Assembly (NCBI GenBank): GCA_030704615.1
Contig: CM060733.1
Span: 47,616,001-47,680,000, forward strand
Source: Takakia lepidozioides
Lineage: Eukaryota; Plantae; Bryophyta
DNA length: 64,000 nucleotides
Reading direction: 5' to 3'
The stretch's first letter is position 1; each line of letters starts with the position of its first letter. This document shows positions 23,066 to 33,073 of this stretch, in pieces. Below the pieces are notes generated by a model. The model worked only from the letters and a program-made list of their open reading frames with translations. It ran no database searches and was not told the DNA's origin. A program made the position numbers and the translations under genes.

Positions 23066-24675
23066 GTCGACGCCGCTGCCAGGTCCACACGTGGACATTT
23101 TGAATACGAAACAACGATCTGCCTCAGTCCCTTGTCCTGGAAACCTACTTCCATGAATGTAGTCATATCCACATCGTCGCTTCACCTCCAGAATGGAGTG
23201 CATATCCGAGCCACGCCCAATTTTCTGTTTGCATGAGACAATGTGGTTTCGGACATTTGGTGAACATACGTGGGACACCGACTCCAGCAATGCCTCCATT
23301 TCCTTCTCGTCGAGAGGAACTCTATCGGAGCCGTCTTCCGACATAATTCTGGCCAATGCCATCTTATGGGCGGCTTGGAGCTGTATCTGTTTGGGTTTGG
23401 CACCCGGTCTCAACTTAACCTCCTCCTGAACGAGCTGCTCTGCTTCGTGGGCAGCCTCCCGCGAGTTCCCCCTCGCCAATTTGTGACAATGGGAACCAAC
23501 GTGTATGCAAGCTCAGGTGAGGTCAGGGAAACGGTGCAACACATAGAACTGCTTGGCATTACAAACAGACATGCAATGTGGTGGTTCTTTGCAATGTGCA
23601 CACTTAAATGTGGAGTTCGGAACCTTCTCCTGAGCTCGAAATGGTTGATGAGCTGTGCCTGTCCAATCGGTCTCGTTCCTGTGACCTTTGGATTTAAAGT
23701 GGAAGCAAGTTGGGGAGAAACACCGCAACGCGCCCGCACAAACAACATAGCGCACCCGCACACCATCGAGCATCTTCATGCTGGTGGTTTTGGTAACGCA
23801 CCAAGGATGACCGTCATGTTTTCTATCCATATCTGTCAACATTCCGGACGCCCTCGAGTAGTCCGCCCGAGGAGGGAACTCAAAGAAGATATTACCGTCG
23901 ACGTCGGCGGGAAGGCATGTAACCGATTGAATTGCGAACTTGCTGTAGTCCAGCCCGGCCAGCTCCGACTGGTGTCCCTCCAGGTGAAGCCCTCGCAGAA
24001 TTTCAAGAATAGATCGAACTGCGGTGCTCGTGCTGGGAATATGACTCCCTCCTCCACTGACGTCCATTGAGGACTTGCCTGATCTCCATGACGACCTCGT
24101 AACTTCCATGACCTCGTCTGAGTTGGACAGGTTGTGAACAACCCGGTTCTCGCTCGTCTTCATGGATGGGTTCGGCTCTGGATTTACTTCGTTGCGGACT
24201 TCTCTATTTGAGGTAGCCACTCTCTGATTCGCGGATTGTTTCGTGGAAGGCGCCAGGATAGAAGGTGCATTTGGCGGGCAAATGAAGTCCCCAACAGCCC
24301 TGTATATGACGCTGTCCGATGGTGGAACTCGCCATTCCCTGCCATCGCCGAAATCATCGTGGAGCACAACAATACTCTCGACAACAAGGCCGTTAGAGTC
24401 CTTCCTTTCCTCCTCCAAAAAAACCGACCCTGGTTTCAGGTGGTATCGAACGCACAGATATTTCTCCATCACCCGGCAGATGTCCCCTCTGCACGGAAAT
24501 GAAGCTCTATGCTCGTGAGGAGGGCAGTACACTGTAGCGCTCGGGTTTTCCGCCATGGGAGATGTGCACACAAGACTACCAGGATGGCGTGCGGGGAAGC
24601 TCCCTGGTAGAAGGGGGATGCAGCGATGGGAATGAATGCGATGCCGATTTGTCCGAGCGACGAAGCCTGATCCAA
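23063..24675 (-). pseudogene. GCM/MULE-type transposase fragment T4 (N-terminal half with complete GCM-like domain)
   Basis: LP..VDGNIFFEFPP, MDRKHDGHPWC..CAGALRCFSPTC..CAHCKEPPHC..C..*ACIHVGSHCH, SPNVRN, FPGQG, FVFKMS..GPGSGVDL. Ends tail-to-tail with T3. Confidence 0.8.
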
Positions 24676-24789
24676 ATCCAGGGAGCCAACTATCTCAAAA
24701 ATCCACAGTCAGAGTGTTAATGAACCTTGTCTCCGGAATGCGGCCCCTGGTCTTTGCGCAATAACTGCCAACGGTATGCAGTCAGAAAG

Positions 24790-26690
24790 TGGGGGGCCGT
24801 CCGGATGATGACGGCTGAAGGGGAGAAGCCGGCACCGTGCCATCACATTACTACCCCCAAATGGAAATTCGGCACCCAATATCCAACAGGGGAAGCCCGG
24901 ATGAAGTTGCCTCGGGCGCAGAGGCCGGCGCGTGTGCGACAGAGAACATCCCCTGGATGGAGATTCGGCGCCGATTTTCCATCCGGGCCCCCCCAAAGGA
25001 AGTCGTGTTGGGGGGTCAGGCCGAAAACTGGCCGGCATAAAAACATCCCCAGATGGAAAAACGGCGCCGAATTTCCATCCGGGGCGGTTCGGATGCACTC
25101 GGGGAGGGGGGAGAGGCCAGCACTTGGCCGTCACATTTCAATCCCCGGACGGAAATTCGGCACCGAATATCGAACAGGGGACGCCCGGATGAAGTCGCCT
25201 CAGGCGTAGAGGTCGGCACGTGTTCGACAGAGAGCATCCCCTGGATGGAGATTCGGCGCCGAATTTCCATCCGGGCCCTCCCAAAGGAAGTCGTGTCGGG
25301 GGGTCAGACCGAATACTGGCCGACATAAAAACCTCCCCAGATGGGAAAACGGCGCCGAATTTCAATCCGGGGCCGTTCCAATGCAGTCGGGGAGGTGGGA
25401 GAGGTCGGCACCTGGCCGTCATATTTCAATCCCCGGACGGAAATTCGGCACCGAATATCCAACAGAGCGGCGGAGAGGCCGGCACCTCTCCGACAGAGAC
25501 CATCCCCCGGATGGAAATTCGGATTTCCATCCAGCAGGTAAGTGCAATCCCGGATGGATGGAAATCCGGCGCCGAATTTCCATCCAGCACGTAAGTGGAA
25601 TCCCGGATGGATGGAAATTCGGCGTCGCATTTCCATCCTGCAGGTAATTCGAATCCCCGATGGATGGAAATCCGGCGCCGAATTTCCATCCTGCAGGTAA
25701 TTCGAATCACGGATGGATGGAAATTCGGGGCCGAATTTCCATCCAGCAGGTAAGTGGAATCCCGGATGGATGGAAATTCGGCGCCCAATTTCCATCCAGC
25801 AGGTAAGTGGAATCCCGGATGGATGGAAATCTAGTGCCGAATTTCCATCCTGCAGGTAATTCGAATCCCCGATGGATGGAAATCCGTCGCCAAATTTCCA
25901 TCCTGCAGGTAAATCGAATCCCGTATGGATGGAAATTCGGCGCCGAATTTCCATCCAGCAGGTAAGTGGAATCCCGGATGGATGGAAATCCGGCGCCGAA
26001 TTTCCATCCTGCAGGTAATTCGAATCCCCGATGGATGGAAATCCGTCGCCGAATTTCCATCCTGCAGGTAATTCGAATCCCCGATGGATGGAAATCCGGC
26101 GCCGAATTTCCAAACTGCAGATAATTCGAAACCCCGATGGATGGAAATCCGCCGCCGAATTTCCATCCATCCGGGATTCCACTTACCTGCTGGATGGAAA
26201 TTCGGCGCCGGATTTCCATCCATCCGGGATTCCACTTACCTGCTGGATGGAAATTCGGCACCGGATTTCCATCCATCGGGGTTTCGAATTACCTGCAGGA
26301 TGGAAATTCGGCGCCGGATTTCCATCCATCCGGGATTCGAATTACCTGCAGGATGGAAATTCGGCGCCGGATTTCCATCCATCCGCTTCTGAATTACTTG
26401 CGTGAGGGAAATTTCCAGCGCCGCCGTACCTGCGCGGATGGAAATCCGGCGCCGGATTTCCATCCATCCGCTTCTGAATTACCTGCGTGAGGGAAATTTC
26501 CAGCGCCGCCCTACCTTGCTGGATGGAAATTCAGCGCTGAATTTCCATCCTGCTGCGCTCCGAATTACCTGCAGGATGGAAATCCGGCGCCGGAATTCCA
26601 TCGTGCAGCGCTCCGAATTACCTCTACGTTGGAAATTCCGGGCCTCTTTACGTCGATTTTCATCCGACATGGAAGGCTTCATCCGACATT
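24790..26690. repeat. Fold-back satellite built on the palindrome GGATGGAAAT(T/C)CGGCGCCGAATTTCCATCC
   Basis: A 288 bp higher-order unit starts at 24843, 25131 and 25419. About 11 tandem 53 bp units follow (25552-26135), the orientation flips at ~26153, and inverted units then decay to ~26690. Confidence 0.95.
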
Positions 26691-26992
26691 TAATTGCGCA
26701 GTTGGGCAATAAATGTCCACCGCCGTCGGTTTTCATTCGGGCTGGCGACACATGACTTCCTGGATACGTACCCTAAATCTCATGCTAATCTTGGCTTAAC
26801 ATGCTATTCGAGGCATGTACCCCAAAAACGGAGATCTTTTTGGCTGGGACTTATGCCGCCTGAAGGGCGTGGCTCTCCTGAGAGAGACCTCACATCCAGA
26901 CCGCGGCGGAAGTTGAAAGCTTTGTACTACGGACGACGGCCAATCTCTCGCATGGCCAAACTGAAGCTCCAGCAGGAGATTCCAGTGTCTTG

Positions 26993-27219
26993 TTGGAGTA
27001 GGGCTGATTGTTGCTCTTCAAGGTGCTGTGGTGAGTTACCAGTACCCCGCTGTGCCCCTCGATTATGCCTGTGTGTACATCAAAGAGACATGTGTCAGTA
27101 ACACCCCTCTACCATATGTGAATGGTGTTAGGAAACATACCGAGTTGGGGCAGGTGGTTGGCCAGACAACACTTTGGAGTCTAAAGTTACTGAAACTTAT
27201 GGAGCTGCGGAAGGGATAG
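26993..27219 (+). pseudogene. CACTA TnpA-like (Tnp1/En/Spm-type C-terminal domain) fragment
   Basis: VGVGLIVALQGAVVSYQYPAVPLDYACVYIKETCVSNTPLPYVNGVRKHTELGQVVGQTTLWSLKLL fits the V.G.I...G..V...P.D...V.V......LP.......LG...G...W pattern of CACTA ORF2 proteins. It lies next to the CACTA end. Confidence 0.5.
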
Positions 27220-27419
27220 TAAGTATGGCACTGTTCAACAGAGTTCTTGATTCTAATAGCACCAGAACATATTAGCTACAACAATTCAGCCCATGTGTGG
27301 GCTTGCTTGTTTTTGCTAGGCCTTTTGAGGCATGGATTTTTTGACTTTGTGGCCTTTGAGGTGTCCATTGGGACATTGGTCTCATTTGGATTTTTGTAAT
27401 GTGATTTATAGGGCTTGTA

Positions 27420-28053
27420 TTCCCCTACGTGTAAAGATCCGTAGTCATATATGCTAGTCATATATTTTGTCTGTGTGTCACATGTCACATGTCACATCTC
27501 AAGTGCAATAGGTGTCCCGCTAACAACTCTCCATGTAGACATCCCTATAGTCATATGAGCGAGTCATGTAGTCACCACGTGTGAAATCTGCCATAGCATA
27601 CGTGTCCCGCTAGCGCCTCTCTATGTAGGCATCACTGTGCAGACATGTAGTCATATGATCATGGCAAGAAGTCGTGACATGTCAAATTCGCAGTGGCGCA
27701 CGTGTCCATCCGTCGCCTCTCCATGTAGGCATCACTTTGCAGACATATAGTCATATGATCCCCTGACGAATGCATGACGTGTCGCTTGCACAGTGGCGCA
27801 CGTGTCCCGCTGAAGCCTCTCCATGTAGGCAGCGCTCAACAGACAATGTAGTCATATAGTTGTGACTGCAACCCTCTCCAGCATGGCTTCAGGTGCCACG
27901 CAAGCAGTCACGGATATGACTTGCAAAACGCAGTCCTAAAGACTAGTCGCTATGACAGGGTTTTTTTCAGTACAGAGTGATGTAGTCATGAACGCATATA
28001 AGACTGAAAAATAGTCATATGTGAAGTCATAAAAACGCTCATCTGTTATAGTG
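27420..28053. repeat. Right subterminal repeats (~100 bp units) and CACTA-type TIR
   Basis: Unit cgtgtccc..cctctccatgtaggc..agacat.tagtcatat at ~27512, 27601, 27701 and 27801. Terminal TAGTG at 28049-28053, followed by CGT. Confidence 0.75.
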
Positions 28054-28153
28054 CGTCGAACACTTGGGGGGAGATAGGGGTTTAACACAACACTTCTATC
28101 TCATGACTATATGAAGGGGTTTTTATGCCATTCTTTTTTGCTCTCACAATGAT

Positions 28154-28936
28154 GTGGAAAATGCCCTACGATTCAACCCCCACAAATCAACGACCAAAGT
28201 AATATTTCTTTTTCCTTGGGCCCAAGATTGGGGCCACAAAGAGGGCATCACATGGAAGCCGAGAGTGATTGCAATCCCCTTCTTATCTGCTACCTACCTG
28301 CCTTCTCTCCCCGAGATTGGAGCCAGTTTTGGCGCATACATATGGTCAATCAATGTTTATGATCCAGTGGAAGACCCTATTCGCAGTGTGGACGGTGACT
28401 CCAATTTCGACTTCAACAGAGACAATGGTGTACCAAAATTGGTGGTTCTTATCTCGCGGATTTCGACATCACCTGGGCCAAAGATGGCCTCCTCTACAAT
28501 AGGCTCGATGAATCGCGAGTCCAATGGAACAATGATATCCCCCAGGCATGGCAAATCGCCGGTTGAGTCGGATGGTCTTGACGTCAATTGGAAGCATCTC
28601 AATCTGCAGGCTGCTAAGTCCAAGGCCCACCTAGATTTCGGGGGGTGACCTTTCACTGTAATGAAGCAGCATGACTTTTGTGCATTGCTTCCTTGCAGCT
28701 GCGGTCTTGGACTGTTTTTCTCTCTACAATCTTGCATCTTTGCGAGTTCCTGCTCTTAGATAGACCGACTACACTCCCTCTGCTCTCCCCTGTCCCTCAT
28801 AGTGCAGGGTGTTTCCCCTCGTGATACGCCTTTACGGCCCCACCGGAGGTTATTTTTTCCTCCTCTCCTGTACACTTTGCTCCTTCAATAAATTTCCAAG
28901 GCCTATACCCTCTCGTTGCCAAAAAAAAAAAAAAAA
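28154..28936 (+). mobile_element. Degraded LINE-like remnant with poly(A) tail
   Basis: The ORF weakly resembles plant L1 ORF1 (FPW...I.IPFL....LP.LPEIGASFG). AATAAA at 28887 and an A-run at 28921-28936. Confidence 0.35.
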
Positions 28937-29082
28937 GGTCATCGATAAACAGTTTACAGTATACTTCTAATATAAGATTTGTTCTAGAAAAAAAAAATAC
29001 TGCCAAAAAACAGATGAGGTTCAGGGAACAAATGCGCAATCCCTCTGTATTCAAATTAAAAAATGGACTGCGCGAGCTTTGC

Positions 29083-29154
29083 AGGTCCCGGCGAGATTTG
29101 AACTCGCGTTACTGGATTCAGAGTCCAATGTCCTGACCACTAGACTACGGGACC
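29083..29154 (-). tRNA. tRNA-Gln (anticodon CTG)
   Basis: The reverse complement GGTCCCGTAGTCTAGTGGTCAGGACATTGGACTCTGAATCCAGTAACGCGAGTTCAAATCTCGCCGGGACCT folds as a cloverleaf. A Pol III T-run lies about 20 nt downstream (29058-29063). Confidence 0.96.
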
Positions 29155-30069
29155 AGGTGCTGCTAAATTGCGAATCCTAAGGAATTTGTATTAAGTAATA
29201 CATGTTACCTATACTTACTTTCGCTCCAAAGACCATAGTCACACATTTATACAAGTGGGTGGACTTATAAGTACGTTGCAAGGCTGTGTGAGACGGTGGA
29301 ATGCAGGCCACATGCTGTACCATACACTCACTCAAATGCTCTCATTCACGGAACCTGTCAGTGCGAGTTGTTGGGTTCCATTAATGCCAGTCATTGTTTG
29401 TTAGCAGACTATGATAACTATGCCTGCTCCAGGAATCACTGCACCGCGCAGACACTGCAGCGCAACACTTTCTCAACTATGAAAGTTCCTACTCGTCAAC
29501 ATTTTGCAGTGTGAGTTATGTAGTTTGCTGAAAGCAGACACACGTTCAAAGGAATACTTAGCTGCCATGTGGGCCTTCTAACGCTGCGTTATTCCATACT
29601 CTCAGAGCTCTCTGTCAATCTCACAGTGTGAAAGCAGGCCTGGAGTCTGACAAGCTTAATTTTGAAACGATCACAAATGGGATCTCGAGCATTGGCAGCA
29701 ATTCCGCAGTGCAAAGTCCACAGTGGGCGGTCCAATTAACCCCAACCATGACCCACTGGGTACCTGTGGTCTGAACCAGTGTATTTGTTGGCCCTGCCTT
29801 CCTAAGGCAGGACTACGCAAAGGGTTTCGGCTGATTTAGCACCGATACTTTCAATTAGACTTCCAATTCGATCGAGACAGTTGTCAAGAGTATATTCTGT
29901 TTTTTAATGAATGACATCCGTTCAACTGCCATAAATGAAAGTCCATCGGATATTACCGTGCGTGCCACCTGAGTGATTCAGGGCTCAAATCCTGTTACCA
30001 TGATATTTATTAATAGACTAATTATGTAATCTTCCAGATTTTTACTACCTATTCATAATTACTATACGG

Positions 30070-31420
30070 CAGGGCTTGCATGAATTCCATGCATTTGTTA
30101 ATATAAGCCTGGTCCTGGTATTGAAAAACAATTATTTTTCAACACCAGCCGGTTCCATAGTATTGGGATATTCACTTAATTCTAATATCCGCCAGTTCTC
30201 AATAGTAGTATGATTTTTTATTTGTGGACGGGTATCAATAGGATGGGTATTCCAATCGTAATACCAGGCAGTTATAAACCCAGACATAAATAATTAAATC
30301 TAAATAAAAATAACCACTAAATCCTTTAATTCCATTTAGAAGCATACTTGATTTCACAAAGTAAATATTCTGCTACAGAATTCAAACTTTGCATTACATA
30401 ATAATATTGCGGATTTTAGTACGCAAAGTGAAGCGAGCCTTGTTAAGAGAAAACTGATTGCAATCCTCATTGTCAAACATGCTAGCATGTGCAATGAGGT
30501 CCTCCTCTTCATCAATCGTATTGTCTTCAGACAAAAAGAAATCCTTGGTCCCTTGCTCAACCACCTTGCAATCCGTCCACACATCTCCGGCCCATAACTT
30601 GAAATTAGCACTAATTTGTCAAGGTTGTTTATTAAAAGAGAGTGGACAACCTTGAACTTTATAGATTAGGGACCAGAAAGTCCACATACCACGCTGGATG
30701 TGGTTGTGGGTTCCAACCACGGTCTGGTGTGTCATGAAGGTGTAGCTGGAAGTAGCCCTTGTGGTGAAGTGACACCATAAGTTACGTTCCCTTGGGGAGG
30801 TGTCATACTTTTTTTTCCAGCCTATACAAAGAGGAAAACAATTATTAGAATTAGCACTAATTTATCGAGGTTGCTAATGCCAAGTGGACATTGCCTACCA
30901 TATTACTTAAGATTAGCACTTATTTGCTCTCTTGTAGAGGGAGACTTTGCGGCAAGTCAATGGAGAAAATGTGGTCAAAGGACCTTACACCCTGTCAAGG
31001 CGTTGATTGGTATGATGTGCTGAGTCATGCTCCGTAGTCTTACCTTCCTCTTATGTTGTGCCAAAGCAAATCAAAAGAGCCAATTGCCTTTTGAGGCTTG
31101 TTTGTTGAGGTTGTCAGTGCCAGGACGACTTTGCCCTACCATCATGTGTTAAAAATGAAAAATATAGTGGGGGGCCCTTGGGCCCGGACATGCCTTGACC
31201 CCACCCCAGCCCAACTTCATATCTATACATACCATGTGTCTAGTCCTTGTTTTAGCCCATAATACGGGTATTGAATGGGTATTTCCTTTGTCAATACCAG
31301 CCTATGTAGGGTATTGACATAGGTATTGGAATTGCCAATACCAGGGGTTCGGTTACACCTAAGGTATTACAACAGCCAATACCAGCCGGGTCTGTTATTT
31401 AATACCGTGGTCAGGCCCTA
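30070..31420. mobile_element. Degraded non-autonomous DNA transposon, possibly hAT-like
   Basis: Clusters of GGTATT/AATACC motifs near both ends (30110-30270, 31260-31410) and ends resembling CAGGGC...GCCCTA. Internal segments 30690-30810 and 30927-31103 recur at 57630-57770 and 57232-57415. Confidence 0.35.
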
Positions 31421-33073
31421 TATATCAGTCCAACACTGGTCTGGTCTGAACTGTGAACCCTGACCCTTATGTACAACGCTGGTCCTGATCTCCCTCCTGA
31501 CCCTCTGCCCTTTGTCTAAATGCACATGTAATGAGAATGAAGTGAAGGAGCATCTAATAAAGGAGAGTGCTCCAACTAGTGTCTAATTAGTTCCCAGTAA
31601 GTGTGTCTAAATCTGGAGTTCAGAAACAGCACCTTTGCAGTGCACAGTGTTTAGTGTTTACCCTGAATAGCAACAAGTGTTGACATTTCTGCCTTTCATT
31701 CTGTTTACTATCAACAGGAAAGGTGCCAACTTTGCCAAATTTGGCCATGGGATGGGACCATCTCTAGGCTCTAGGAGGCAGTCTGTCTGAAAGCCTTTGA
31801 GAAAAACAAGATTCATGAGACTTAAAGATGTTCATCTCCTTGTTCAGCAAGCAAGTAGAAGATGGAGTGATGGTGAATGGGTTTTAAGGCCATGTAGCTA
31901 CCTGGGTAGGTAGGGTAAGCCCGGAGATAGCCCATCAATGTCCTCCCTCCGACTGAAGGGAGGGAAAGCTGAGCAAATGAGAAATGCGGAAAGAAGAGTT
32001 GATGAGATTGTCAGTGAATGCAGTCAAAGACACCGGAACAGGCGGACCTGCCACCTTCCTTTATTGTGTACATTCCGACAGAGCCGCCCATAATGGCCAG
32101 TACACTTCCTTGTCCTCACATGATGGCATGTTGTGGGGCTAGCCATTCAGTTCTGCAACCCAACAGTTGTGGATAGGCTATGTACCATTCTATGTATGAA
32201 CGTATGAACTATGTATCATTCTGCCGAGATTTCTGTGTAATATAAGAAAGGAGGAGCAAACAATTCCCTATGGTGCGTCACTGCTATCTCCTGAAAATTC
32301 CGATTTTAGATCGGTTGTGATCAGGAAAAGTTTGGTGGGCAGTAGTTCAGTGTTTTTGTGGGGAAGGTGATGCGGAGTGATGGCAAAGGGACTGGGGACA
32401 GAGAGGGATAACTTACTTGCAGCCTTGAAAGGTGGTCGCATATGAGCCGCCGCTGCCCACAGTCTGTACCTTTCTCTCCCTGTACGGCACGTGAGGCCCC
32501 TGACCAAAGTATGCAGCGCTTGTTGTAAGCTGGCCTGCAGCATGTGCTCCACAGCTGCAGTACAGAGGGTGACAGAGAGAGGGAGATGAGGCGCAGTGAG
32601 AGAGAGCGAGTGAAAGACAGGATCTTTTTCGGTTGCTGAAACTGTGATCAAGTTTTGGTCACAGAGAGAGGGAGACAGAGGGAGAGAGAGAGAGAGCTAA
32701 GTCCACGGTTTGCCTACAGGGCACTAAAAGATGTAGTAGTAAAGAAGAGATCGACTTTGTTATGAGGATACAGAGCGTGCTTGCGAGCGAGAGTGGCTGG
32801 TATACCGATATCCAGCGAGGGAATGGTGAGGCATTAGATCAGCATTCGGACATTCTATAAAAAATGAAAACAGAGCCAGAGGAAGAAGTTATGCGAAGTA
32901 ATTTGAGAAGAGAGCCGCCCAATCAGTCACTGGATACAGCGGAAACATTAGCTAGACTAGCGTGGAGGTGAAGCACCGTTCTGAACTCGGGATTTCTCAA
33001 CTGACAGAGAGCAACGTGGTGCTGATTCAGTAACTGATTTCTAGAATCAGAGAGGCCATCGTGGGGAGCGAGA

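Larger units (their letters stand above)
1..28053. mobile_element. Putative giant CACTA (En/Spm)-bounded composite element; left TIR lies outside the window
   Basis: The right end ...GCTCATCTGTTATAGTG (28053) is the reverse complement of CACTATAACAGATGAGC. It is preceded by a subterminal array rich in AGTCATA and CACGTGT. Positions 1-375 carry the same motifs in mirror orientation (TATGACT, ACACGTG). A TnpA-like fragment lies just inside the right end. That both ends belong to one element is an inference. Confidence 0.6.

Noticed and set aside
25500-26640. CRISPR-like array of palindromic repeats with spacers
   Set aside because: The linkers are two recurring variants rather than unique spacers, there are no cas genes, and the context is eukaryotic. 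It is a satellite.
24709-26755. Many overlapping ORFs with repeated MEIRRRISI/DGNSAP peptides
   Set aside because: They arise from translating a stop-poor tandem palindromic repeat in all frames.
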